A DNA stretch of 64,000 nt, from assembly GCF_009914755.1 (NCBI RefSeq), contig NC_060935.1. One strand, written 5' to 3'. The notes under the pieces were generated by a model. It ran no database searches. It was not told where the DNA came from and worked only from the letters and a program-made list of their open reading frames with translations. The stretch is from the human T2T-CHM13v2.0 reference genome, Homo sapiens. Both the position numbers and the translations under genes were made by a program. Position 1 is the stretch's first letter, and every line of letters starts with the position of its first letter. Of the stretch, positions 45,144 through 62,520 are shown piece after piece.

Positions 45144-45380
45144 TTAAACCCACAGGGTAAACAGATAAGGAATAAAACTGAATAAGAAGGAGATTTGTTA
45201 AAGTTCTATTGTTAATTGCTGACATCGGAAGATGACTACCACAAGTGGGTGATGAGAAAGCAAAAATAACATTTTTAGCTTTCAAATACCCTCACTTAAT
45301 TATCACACAGTCTATGCATGGAACAAAATATTGCATGTACCTCATAAATATGGAAAATATTATGTATCAATGAAATAAAA
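45144..45380 (+). repeat. Local direct duplication, copy 2 (probable donor): MIR remnant, unique sequence and short L1MA 3' tip
   Basis: MIR-like sequence continues upstream of this copy only; the L1 tip is flanked by degenerate TSD aaagcaaaaataac / aaggcaaaataac. Confidence 0.9.
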
Positions 45381-45649
45381 AGGCAAAATAACTACTTTCT
45401 AGTCATCAGCAATTTCTGATTATTGAAAAAAGTTTAGTTTCTATTGTTGTTATTGTTGTTGAGCTAATAGTATTAAGATAGTCTCTTATGAGTTAATCTT
45501 AGGTGTCAACTACATCAATTAGATAGATTATTCCCATTCCTTCTGAAATTACAAACTCAGTGGGGACAGAACTGAGAAGAGCAGCTCTTGCTGTGTTTCT
45601 AATGACAGAATTGGAAGAAAAATACTACAGTGGAGCCCATCTTGCAGAT

Positions 45650-46030
45650 GATCACTGTTTCCGTTATTATTTCCATACAACAAACCAAAACGTTGTAGCA
45701 TTTATTATGTTCATGGATTTTGTGAGTCCGAAATTTGGAATGGGCAGTGGAGGGGGATGGCTTATCTCTTTTCCACGATGTCTTAGACTTCAGTTGGGAT
45801 AGGGGTAACTTGCTGTCTGGAGTCTGAAATCATCTGAAGACTTGTTCACTCACAAGTTTGGTGGTTGATGCTGGCTGTCAGCTTAGACTTCACTGTAGAA
45901 CTGTCATTTAAAATATCTAAATGTTGTCAGGACTTCCATGAAGCATCTGGGCCTCAGGATAGCTGAACTTCTTACATAGCATCATTAGGCTCTGAAGGTG
46001 AACGTCACAACTAAAAAGGTAGAATTTGAA
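45650..46030 (-). mobile_element. Old MLT1-type MaLR LTR remnant
   Basis: ctgaaatcatctgaagacttgttcactcac...tggtggttgatgctggctgtcagct...cttcttacat. Confidence 0.55.
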
Positions 46031-46540
46031 TGGTCTTTTAGGAATAGGCAAAGAGTTGTTAGTCTTGGTACCAAAAATATGACCCATAAATAAAAATTGT
46101 TAAATTAGACCTCATCAAATTTAAAAACTTTTACTTTGCAAAAGACCCTGTTAAGAGGATTAGAAGACAAGTTATAAACTGGGAGAATATATTTGACAAC
46201 ATATTGGTATCTAGAATATATAAAGAACTCTCAAAACTCAACAGCAAAAACACCAAATAACCAATTAGAAAATGGGCCAAAAACATGAACCGTCATTTTA
46301 CTGAAGAAGAATGAAGTGGCCAATAAACATGTTTAACACCAATAACCATTAAGGAAATGCAATTTAAATATGCAAGGAGATGTCAGTATGTACTTAGCAG
46401 TATGGCTAAAATTAAAAAGAATGACAATACCAAGTGCTAACAATGATGTAAAGAAACTGTATTACATGGCTGGTGGGAATGTAAAATAGCACAGTCACCC
46501 TAAAAAATAATTTGTCAGTGTCTTAAAACTTAAATATTAG

Positions 46541-47614
<1,074 letters not shown>

Positions 47615-48296
47615 AGTTACCATATGACTCAGCAGTTATACTCTTGGTCATTTATACCAGAGAAATGAAAACATATAGTTACACAAAATCCTATACAAGA
47701 ATGTTCATAGCAGCTTTATTTGTAATAGCCCCAAAATGGAAACTCCGCATATGTCCTTTAGGAGGTGGGTGGGTACATATTTACTATAGAAAACTACTTA
47801 GCAATAAAGTTGAATAAAAATAGACTTTTACAACTTAGATGAATATCCATGGAGTTACCATGAATGAGAAAATCATATAGTATGTAATTTTCAATTTTTT
47901 AATTAAAAATATGTATTTAAAAACTACATACTGTATGATTCTACTTACGTAACAATTTCAAAATGATAAACTATTAAAATAGATTAGTGATTGCCACTGG
48001 AAGTGGAGGGGTGGGGGTGAGAGAAAGTGAGTCCAGTCATTCTAAGGGCAGCAAGAGGGACCCTTGTGGTCATGGATCTGTCCTGTAGTTTGACTGTGGC
48101 AGTGGTTACACATAATAAAATTGGGTAGAAATAAATATACCCACATACACACATAAGGGCATATAAAACTGGTGAGCTCTTAATAAGGAGGATATATTGT
48201 ATCTATGTCAATTCCCTGGTCATCTTATTGTTCCATAATACAAGGTGTTACATTGGGGGATACTGGGTGAAGGATGTGTGGATCTCTAGGTTTTAT

Positions 48297-48332
<36 letters not shown>

Positions 48333-48579
48333 TAATTTTCTTTTTTTTTTTTTTTAAATTTTTTTTTTTTTTTTATTATACTCTAAGTTTTAGGGTACAT
48401 GTGCACATTGTGCGGGTTAGTTACATATGTATACATGTGCCATGCTGGTGCGCTGCACCCACTAACGTGTCATCTAGCATTAGGTATATCTCCCAATGCT
48501 ATCCCTCCCCCCTCCCCCGATCCCACCACAGTCCCCAGAGTGTGATATTCCCCTTCCTGTGTCCATGTGATCTCATTGT

Positions 48580-52428
<3,849 letters not shown>

Positions 52429-52467
52429 TCATTAGTTGATGCAGTTTCTTCCTAGTCTCAATGGTCT

Positions 52468-53485
52468 TTACATTTTGGCATGATTTTGCAGCGGCTGGTA
52501 CCGGTTGTTCCTTTCCATGTTTAGCGCTTCCTTCAGGAGCTCTTTTAGGGCAGGCCTGGTGGTGACAAAATCTCTCAGCATTTGCTTGTCTATAAAGTAT
52601 TTTATTTCTCCTTCACTTATGAAGCTTAGTTTGGCTGGATATGAAATTCTGGGTTGAAAATTCTTTTCTTTAAGAATGTTGAATATTGGCCCCCACTCTC
52701 TTCTGGCTTGTAGGGTTTCTGCTGAGAGATCCGCTGTTAGTCTGATGGGCTTTCCTTTGAGGGTAACCCGACCTTTCTCTCTGGCTGCCCTTAACATTTT
52801 TTCCTTCATTTCAACTTTGGTGAATCTGACAATTATGTGTCTTGGAGTTGCTCTTCTCGAGGAGTATCTTTGTGGCGTTCTCTGTATTTCCTGAATCTGA
52901 ACGTTGGCCTGCCTTGCTAGATTGGGGAAGTTCTCCTGGATAATATCCTGCAGAGTGTTTTCCAACTTGGTTCCATTCTCCCCGTCACTTTCAGGTACAC
53001 CAATCAGACGTAGATTTGGTCTTTTCACATAGTCCCATATTTCTTGGAGGCTCTGCTCATTTCTTTTTATTCTTTTTTTCTCTAAACTTCCCTTCTCGCT
53101 TCATTTCATTCATTTCATCTTCCATTGCTGATACCCTTTCTTCCAGTTGATCGCATCGGCTCCTGAGGCTTCTGCATTCTTCACGTAGTTCTCGAGCCTT
53201 GGTTTTCAGCTCCATCAGCTCCTTTAAGCACTTCTCTGTATTGGTTATTCTAGTTATACATTCTTCTAAATTTTTTTCAAAGTTTTCAACTTCTTTGCCT
53301 TTGGTTTGAATGTCCTCCCGTAGCTCAGAGTAATTTGATCGTCTGAAGCCTTCTTCTCTCAGCTCGTCAAAATCATTCTCCATCCAGCTTTGTTCTGTTG
53401 CTGGTGAGGAACTGCGTTCCTTTGGAGGAGGAGAGGCGCTCTGCGTTTTAGAGTTTCCAGTTTTTCTGTTCTGTTTTTTCCCCAT
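52468..53485 (-). pseudogene. ORF1: LINE-1 ORF1p, frameshifted by +1 A (A7 instead of A6, T-run 53073-53079)
   Basis: The N-terminal part MGKKQNRK...GKFREK runs out of frame to KNKKK*; the C-terminal half (KRPNLRLIGVPE...QNHAKM) is intact in another frame. Confidence 0.93.
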
Positions 53486-54387
53486 CTTTGTGGTTTTATC
53501 TACTTTTGGTCTTTGATGATGGTGATGTACAGATGGGTTTTTGGTGTAGATGTCCTTTCTGGTTGTTAGTTTTCCTTCTAACAGACAGGACCCTCAGCTG
53601 CAGGTCTGTTGGAATACCCTGCCGTGTGAGGTGTCAGTGTGCCCCTGCTGGGGGGTGCCTCCCAGTTAGGCTGCTCGGGGGTCAGGGGTCAGGGACCCAC
53701 TTGAGGAGGCAGTCTGCCCGTTCTCAGATCTCCAGCTGCGTGCTGGGAGAACCACTGCTCTCTTCAAAGCTGTCAGACAGGGACACTTAAGTCTGCAGAG
53801 GTTACTGCTGTCTTTTTGTTTGTCTGTGCCCTGCCCCCAGAGGTGGAGCCTACAGAGGCAGGCAGGCCTCCTTGAGCTGTGGTGGGCTCCACCCAGTTCG
53901 AGCTTCCCGGCTGCTTTGTTTACCTAAGCAAGCCTGGGCAATGGCGGGTGCCCCTCCCCCAGCCTCATTGCCGCCTTGCAGTTTGATCTCAGACTGCTGT
54001 GCTAGCAATCAGCGAGATTCCGTGGGCGTAGGACCCTCTGAGCCAGGTGTGGGATATAGTCTCGTGGTGTGCCGTTTCTTAAGCCGGTCTGAAAAGCGCA
54101 ATATTCAGGTGGGAGTGACCCGATTTTCCAGGTGCGTCCGTCACCCCTTTCTTTGACTCAGAAAGGGAACTCCCTGACCCCTTGCGCTTCCCAGGTGAGG
54201 CAATGCCTCGCCCTGCTTCGGCTTGCGCACGGTGCGCACACACACTGGCCTGCGCCCACTGTCTGGCACTCCCTAGTGAGATGAACCCGGTACCTCAGAT
54301 GGAAATGCAGAAATCACCCGTCTTCTGCGTCGCTCACGCTGGGAGCTGTAGACCGGAGCTGTTCCTATTCGGCCATCTTGGCTCCTC
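53486..54387. promoter_or_regulatory. L1 5'UTR: CpG-rich sense promoter (minus strand, YY1 site near 54371-54382) and antisense promoter (plus strand)
   Basis: GC/CpG-rich ~900-bp 5'UTR; GCCAAGATGGCC motif intact. Confidence 0.85.
53941..54156 (+). CDS. ORF0: Primate LINE-1 antisense ORF0 (71 aa)
   Basis: ATG at 53941; MAGAPPPASLPPCSLISDCCASNQRDSVGVGPSEPGVG...RCVRHPFL* matches known ORF0. Confidence 0.85.
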   Translation: MAGAPPPASLPPCSLISDCCASNQRDSVGVGPSEPGVGYSLVVCRFLSRSEKRNIQVGVTRFSRCVRHPFL

Positions 54388-54473
54388 CTCTAGGTTTTAT
54401 TTCTAATAAATGCATTTAAATTTCAATTATCTAAATATAAAAAGTTCAAAATACAAAATATAACCATATAGGC

Positions 54474-54712
54474 AATTGAACAATATTGAACAATGAGAAC
54501 ACATGGACACAGGAAGGGGAACATCACACACCAGGGCCTGTTGTGGGGTGGGGGGAGGGGGTAGGGATAGCATTAGGAGATATACCTAATGCTAAATGAT
54601 GAGTTAATGGGTGCAGCACACCAACATGGCACATGTATACATATGTAACAAACCTGCACGTTGTGCATATATACCCTAAAACTTAAAGTATAATAATAAA
54701 ATTTTAAAAAAA
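54474..54712 (+). mobile_element. Short 5'-truncated L1PA4-like 3' end
   Basis: attgaacaatgagaacacatggacacagg...cttaaagtataataataaaa. Confidence 0.9.
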
Positions 54713-54729
54713 GTATAAATATAGCATTT

Positions 54730-56176
54730 TAAAAAAAATGGGCACAGTATAATATAACTGATTTAACCAATATGAAAGAAAATCTTAAAGGAAGTTACAA
54801 AAAAAGGAAAGGTTACTTTCAAAAGAGCAACAATTACATTAATAGCTTCTCAATAAAGCAAGGAGGCCAGAAGACAATAGAATTATCTTTTTTAGATAGC
54901 CAAAGAAAAATAATTGCAAATGTAGAATTCTATATCCAGTAAAATTGTTCTCAAGAATGAAGTATCAAACAGAAATTGAGAGAATTTATCACTGGTGGCA
55001 CTGCAATAGTGGTTTCTTTAAAAAGAAGGAAAATGATCCCAGATGAAGATCAGAATGCAGGAAGGAATAAACAATGAAAAGGTTAAATATGTCATTAAGT
55101 CTAAGTGATTGTTCACTGAGTAAGTATTTAGGGCAAGTTTAAAATACATGAAGAATCAAAACAGATAGCAAGGATAGTTTCTAAGTTAGAGTGGGATAAA
55201 TGTAATTGTTGAAGAGGAAGGTAAATTAATATTCAACTCTGACAAATAAAAGATACGTGTAAAGCAGGGATGAGGAAACTAAATTCAGCCCATGGCTTGT
55301 TTTTGTACAGCCCGCAAATAATTTTTATATTTTAAGTGGTTATAAAAATTTAGAATAAAGAATCTGAGAGCATGTAATTAAGCCAGAAATCAATTATTAA
55401 AAAGAAAACTAAAACATAATTCAAAATCCCCAGTATTTTGAAATTGTAATAAACTGCTAAAACCCAAGGTTAAAAAAACCGCAATGAAAATGAAACAGTA
55501 AGAAAAAATAATGATTGAAACAGAGTGATTTTCAGGATAAATTATTAAGTGAAAAAAGAAAATATAAGAAAACAGGAAGAATGAGGAAATATACACATAT
55601 TTATTCATTTGTGCAAAAAGAAACACAGGAACGATAAATCTAAAACTAATGGAGGTATGTGGAAATGAGGTGAAAGGCTGGAGGAACAGGAAAGGGAGGA
55701 TCACTCACTTCTCTGAGTGAAATTTCTGTACAGTTTTGACTAAGCCAATTTATGGCTTTAAAAATATGAAATCAACATTGCAAAGAGAAACAAATGAATC
55801 AGAATGTATTTCAAGGGTATAATTTAGTCACCCCTGTAAAGGATGAAGGCAAGAACTTCCTCAAGTGACTAGAACTATTATGTTAATGATATACCATTAA
55901 GCTAAAGATTAGTCAAACTATAAACCATTTAAACTTATGAGTAGGTTTCTTTTTTCATAAGGTATGGGTTAGCACTTCTGGAGTTCAATGAGTATTCCAA
56001 GATTGAGCAAATGAGAAAATATTTTTGGATAGTGGGAGCCAGATTTTTCAATGTCAAGTAGGGAATTGCAAAGATGGAAAGGGGGAATACTTGAATGAAC
56101 CTTGCAATATGTGATTGAAATTTGAGGTATTAGTATAAACTCATGCTTAAACAGATAGAATGATAGATATATAGAT

Positions 56177-56216
<40 letters not shown>

Positions 56217-57360
56217 TTTAGATAAAGATAGAAAACACTAGATTTTGAATTCTGAGTCACATCCTCCACTATCAGGTATCCAGGCCCATTTAAAATATGG
56301 CTGATTCCACAGCTGGACCTGGGAGAGTGCATAATAAACCTAGAACATCCTGCTCTACCAAAAATGTAAGGAAGTGTTAAAAAAAAATATGGGGGCAAGC
56401 AGAGAAGCCAGTTTGGAAGGACTACTATGGAGCAAATCTGGGTCAATTTGAGCATCAAAATAAATAATTATATTAGTGAATTATAACTTATAGATTGACA
56501 TTAAAATTTATGAGTACACACTGATAAAAATAAATGAATAAATTATATGTAGAGAAAGGAAATCTTTTATGGTGGGATGCCAATTATTAATTTGCAGAAG
56601 TAATGGGATTTAAAAAGGCACCATTTGGCAACCACAATTGTAATCACTGACAAGTGGCTGCTAAAACTAGAAAGTGAAAATTTGATAAGAAACGGTATAT
56701 TTATGTAGTTTCCAAAGCACCTCCAACAAGATGCATATTAATTAAAATAGAAAAATAATACTCTTCCAATGGGGAAGCTTGGCAGATACCACCAGGACAA
56801 AGTGATCAAAGTTAGCACTACCAGCCATGAGACGAATAGATACCGTGTGCCTCCTGATATGTTGCAGTGAGGATCCAGCATCACTTCTATGGTTGACATT
56901 CCTGCTGAAACTGCGTTAGGTAAATCTGATCATGTGAAACAACAGACACACCAAAATTGGGTGTCATTATATGAATTAAGTGTATATACGCTTCAAAAAT
57001 ATCGTGTTCATGAAAGACAAAGACTAAAGGACATTTTCAGTTTAAAGGAGCTATAATAAATAAAAGCTATTTTAATTGGATTTTTATTTTTGCTATAAAG
57101 AAAATGAGAGTGATAATTGCCAAAATTTGAATATGATCTATAGACTATATAATTGTTTTGTATCAATAACACTGTATTGACTTAATAATTTTTCATTAGT
57201 TATATAAGAGAATGCCCTTCCTCCAAAGCAAATGTAATAGAAAGTTTAACATTGTCACTACATGTGGAGAAAGTGAGTGAAGTATATATAAAACTTATTA
57301 TTTTTAAAAAATCTTTAGATACAAGGTTGTTTCAAAATAAAAAGTTAAAAAAAAATTTTT
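54730..57360 (+). mobile_element. Patchwork of ancient L1M/HAL1-like remnants with a small MER58-like fragment (~55264-55370)
   Basis: ORF1-like gaggccagaagacaatag...tagaattctatatccag; L1MC/ME 3' motifs. Confidence 0.5.
56177..56216. repeat. (GATA)10 tetranucleotide microsatellite
   Basis: Ten perfect GATA units with degenerate flanks. Confidence 0.95.
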
Positions 57361-58003
57361 ACCTAATATATCACACTCTGTTAGCATTCCAGCCTAAACC
57401 AGGGCATCCCCTTCTATGCTCTGATGGGTACTTACTGGGAACACCTGTAGTTCCTTCACTGAGGACCTCTGTCTGACTTCAGGGGCACTATGGGCCATCT
57501 GGAAGGAAAGTCAAAAGTGCCTGCAAGGTAATAGTTCTGGAAAATGCCCTCATTAATGACGGATTTGTATATGTGGTAGACAAATACTCTAGATATTTGT
57601 CTAGAGTTTGACCCTTGGTTAAGATAAGTGTGAGGTATCTTTTTTCATTACCTTCCATAGTTCACTAGTGGAATTAAGTCCTAGTTGCCCATAGTGGTAA
57701 CTTGCTTGATAATGTATCCTTTATTTGCTTCCTTCCTTGTCTTAATTCCCTAGACTCTTGGCAGATTTCTGGGATATCTTCCCAAAATAAATTCTTGCAC
57801 TTGATTCTTTGCTCTGGGGTCTTCTTCTGGGGGAACCAAAGTAAGACAATTAGTAACAATGGTAGCATATGCAGATCATCTATATAGATTATAGAATTTT
57901 GGTAATGTGTTAGTGTGGTAAGTACAAGTACTCGTTGTTGATGGTGAATGGGGTAAAAAATAATTTTTGGCAAACTATAGGATCAAATTGGGATGGCATA
58001 TAG

Positions 58004-58361
<358 letters not shown>

Positions 58362-58984
58362 AGAACAATAATAATTATAAAGATTGGGGAGTTGATTGGT
58401 TGTTGTTAACTGACATTGAACACTGAGGAAATAAAATTATGAAATTAGGACAATGAATTTATTAATTTAGGATACATTCTTGAGGCCTTTAGGGCATCAT
58501 TTAGAAGAGCCTTGTGTCCTGCAAGTGGAGGGCAGACTATAGTGAATGCTGAAAATCTGATTTTGAGAGTAATGAAGATACATACAAGTTTAAATTAACT
58601 CTTAGCAAGACTGTTGTGCTAATTAGGAAAGAAGACACACTCTGAGATAGAGTGGGAATATTTCTGTGGGTATTCTTGATAACTTTGAATCCCTACATTC
58701 CATTGAATGATCTGGGATTATACATTACCTGCTTCCCTTTATGACAGGATAGCAGCCCATTGCTAAAGAAAAGCAGATGTTTCTTGATTAGAGAATATAC
58801 AAAGTCCTTACCTGATTTATTATGTATGGCCAGAGAACTCACCAGGTGACTATATTCTCATAAGATATTCTTTCACTACAGCGATAAGAAATCCCCTAGT
58901 GTGGTAGTAGAGGTATCGTTGGGAAGCTTTATGGTAGCTATACCCTGTAGACCAGTATTATCAGTAGGCTTGCTGCTATGCAGT

Positions 58985-59381
58985 TGTCTTAGTCCATTTA
59001 AGTTGCTATAACAAAAAATACCTTAGACTGGGTAATTTATAAACAACAGAAATGTATTTCTCTCAGTTCTGGAGGCTGGGAAGTCCCAGATCAAGGTACC
59101 AGCAGATTCAGTGTCTGATGAGAGCCTGTTCTTTATAGATGGAAACTTGTCTGTGTTTTCACATGGTGGAAGGAGAAAATGTGTCCTCATATAGGGGAAA
59201 AGGAGTAAGAGGCTGGGATACTTCAATCAACCTCTTTTATATGGCAATTAATTCAATTCATGAGACTGAAGCTCTCATAAAACAATCACTTCCCAAAGGC
59301 CCCACCTTTTAATCATATTGCATTGGGGATCAAGTTTTAACACATGAATACTGGGGAGACACCAACATTCAGACCATAGCA
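58985..59381 (-). mobile_element. MST/MLT1A-type MaLR solo LTR
   Basis: tgtcttagtccattt...gactgggtaatttataaacaacagaaat...aacattcagaccatagca. Confidence 0.85.
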
Positions 59382-60381
59382 AAAGTCACCAGTGAAAAGA
59401 TCTTAGAATTGTGGCACTAAATTGTGAGAAGCAAGGTAAACATTTGCAGCAAGGCCAGAATGGCATGCATGGGGTCTTGACTCACAGGGTTCTGTGCTAA
59501 TGGTTAGAAGATGACGGTATTTCCAAGGGTGAGATAAATAGGAGTTCAATAAGGGTATTAGTTGGAGTATACATCCAAAAATAATTAGAGATGAGTAGAA
59601 GAATGATGCCAGCCACTATAATAAAAAATTATGATCCTTTGCCTTGTTTCCAAATTTAAGCTATTTCTAAGATGCAGGATGCATGAGTTGAAAGGGAAGG
59701 CGGACACCCTTGAAAAAAGCAGTTCCTCTAATTATTCCCTGAAGTGACTATAACTATTTACCAGAGTGTCTGTATCCTGAGGAAAAGAGAATACTCAGAT
59801 CCTTAGAAAGCTATTGGATACAAAGGCTAAGGTGACGTGGGTAACTGAAATTCCAACACAACATCATGGTCATCCAGTTTGAGTAGGGTTAGTGGTTCTG
59901 CATCTCTACCCCTATGATCATTTTCTTGGTCCCCCATTGCAAATTTGCGATTGTAGTTATTTGTCACTTGATGGAGCACTCATATGAACTCCTTGAACTG
60001 TGTAGGAAGAATCATAGTGGTAGGAAAACAAGTAGGAGCTCTGAAACTGCACCCTCCCTCACTCCCAAGTCAAGGCTGTAAATCAGAAGACACATAGCAA
60101 CTTTGGTAAAATGGCAGATGTCACTTCCATCCTCAAAAACAAAAAAGATTCAGTTGTGGTCTACATCATACTTTTGCTTAATTCACCAGGCTAGGTCTTG
60201 CAAAAATAAGATAGATGATGGTGAATAGTAATGTGTTGCTGTAAACTTAACCAAGTGATGGCTTTAATCACAGGGCTGAATATGGTATCTCATCAAGAAT
60301 AGATTAGAATAGACTGTAGCATTTGGTATGTGGGTATTTATCTGCCAAATGCTCTATTTACAATTTCTATCAAGAAAGAGG

Positions 60382-60542
60382 GTCAAATGCAAAGAGAATA
60401 GATGTTAAGTCTTCTCACCACAAAAATGTGAGGTAATGGATTTGTTAATCAGACTTAACCATTTTACAATGTAAATATACTTCAAAACATCATGTTGTAC
60501 ATGATAAATACATATGATTTTATCTTTCAATTAAAAAGGAAA
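60382..60542 (+). mobile_element. Short L1MA-type 3' end
   Basis: gagaatagatgttaag...caaaacatcatgttgtaca; TSD aagaaagagg at 60372-60381 and 60543-60552. Confidence 0.75.
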
Positions 60543-61629
60543 AAGAAAGAGGATTGGAAACAGCTCATATTCAACTGGCAATAATTGTATGACACTAGTC
60601 ATCATCTTGCTCCAGGGCTATGTTAACTCTCCACGTCTGCGTGGCAACATGCTCTGTAGGACTTGACCATCTGGCCCACTATATACTATGGTGATAACAT
60701 CAAGTTAAAAGGATTTAGTGGGCAGGAAATTGCAACTATTCTAGATTCACTGGTAAACACCTGTGTGCCAGAGTGGGAAATAAACCCTATAGAAACTCAG
60801 AGGGCTTGCTCATTGCTAAAGCTGTTGGGTGTCTGTTAGTCAAGGGCATGGCAAGACATCTCCTTCAAGGTAAATGACACATATTGAACACTGAACCTCC
60901 CACCAAAGAGTCTTGATCTCTTTGGATTTTGGAGACAGCATGTAATATCTCTGTATCGCACTTATCAGGTTACCCAGAAAGATGCCAATTTTGAGTGTGG
61001 CTTAGTGAGCTTTACAATTGGTGTGAATTATAATACAAGTGGCCTTAACACTTGCGTCATTTGACTTGACCAATCACATGATGCTAGGGGTCATCAAGCC
61101 CTAATAGGAGGAATGAGACTGTGAGGAGTGAGAGTTTGATTTTTGCAATGTCTGTGGCCTTTCCATATTTTCTGAGTACTCACTTCTACACTCTGATGGT
61201 GTTATACTATGATCACCTGAAACTCTTTCCTGAAGGATTTTTTTTGGCGGGGAGGGGATGGTTTTCAAGAGCAAGACTGACTGATGTACAAGGAAAGCAA
61301 TAACTTAAAGAGAATATATAATCTGGGAAAGGGCCCTCCATCAGTGACACAAGCAGATAACTGGAGGACAAACACTGTAGCTTTCTGTCTCATCAAGTGG
61401 GATAACTGAGAAATATTTCATATTGTGTTTCAGAAAGATTAAGCCCCAGTTTTCCACAATTGTAACCTACTTGATTATACCTTTTATTGACTTCTTTTTT
61501 TTTTTTAACCCATCTCACTTTTAGTTCCCTACTAATGTTTCTAGAGATCTCCTCCCAAATAAATTTCTTAGACTTAAAATCTTTGTCTCAAGTTCTGCTT
61601 CTGTAGGAACTCAAGCTAAGAGTTACTGG

Positions 61630-62340
61630 AAAAATCAATCAAAAATGGAAAAGATCTCTAGGCAGAAAACTATACAATGTTCCTAAAAATATAAAAGGAA
61701 AACCTATATAAGTGGATGAGAATATTAATTCATCAACTAGAAGACTCAATATTGTAAAGATGTCTATTTTATTAAAACTATTCATAAATTACATGCTATC
61801 TTAATTAAAATACAAGATACCATCAAAGTTTGAAGTAGTTAAACTCATTGTACTACATATCAAGACATATGAGAGTGTGGTATTGGCAAAAGAGACAAAC
61901 TGGTAGAATTAAAATAAAGAGACCAAGAACAGGCACATTCATGTAATTTATGACACAGGTGGCACTGCAAAACAGTAAGAAAAGAATATTGTTTGCCAAT
62001 TGACTCCCGCCTCATAGCATATATTAAAAATCATATGTATAAATGAACTAATTTTAGGGAAATGTTATATATAAATGCGAAAGACAAAACTCCTGTGATT
62101 ATATGGGGAAAAATCTTTACATCAATGTACTGCTATCAGAACAATCAAGAGAGTGATTTACCATAAAAGATGGGACAGTCATAACCTCGGGGGGATACAA
62201 CAAGTAGTGATTGGGATAGAAGATGAGGGAGTTATCTGGAGTGATGGTAAATCTCCATTTCTTGTCCAAGATTGGTAGGTATGTGGACATTCAATTTGTG
62301 ACAGTTACATGTTCTATATATTTTTGCTTGGTAAAATATT
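61630..62340 (+). mobile_element. Ancient L1M remnants
   Basis: agaagactcaatattgtaaagatgtc, gtgtggtattggc and 3'UTR-like motifs. Confidence 0.55.
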
Positions 62341-62363
62341 TTGTATGTGTTTTATAATCCATA

Positions 62364-62520
62364 CTTTTTTTATTATACTTTCAGTTTTAGGGTACATGTG
62401 CACAACGTGCAGGTTTGTTACATATGTATACATGTGCCATGTTGGTGTGCTGCACCCATTAACTCCTCATTTACATTAGGTATATCTCCTAATGCTATCC
62501 CTCCCCCCTCCCCTCACCCT
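62364..62520 (-). mobile_element. Short L1PA (PA4-7-like) 3' end
   Basis: tattatacttt...gtacatgtgcacaacgtgcaggtttg...cctaatgctatccctcccc; flanks atacttttt / gtacttttt. Confidence 0.9.
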
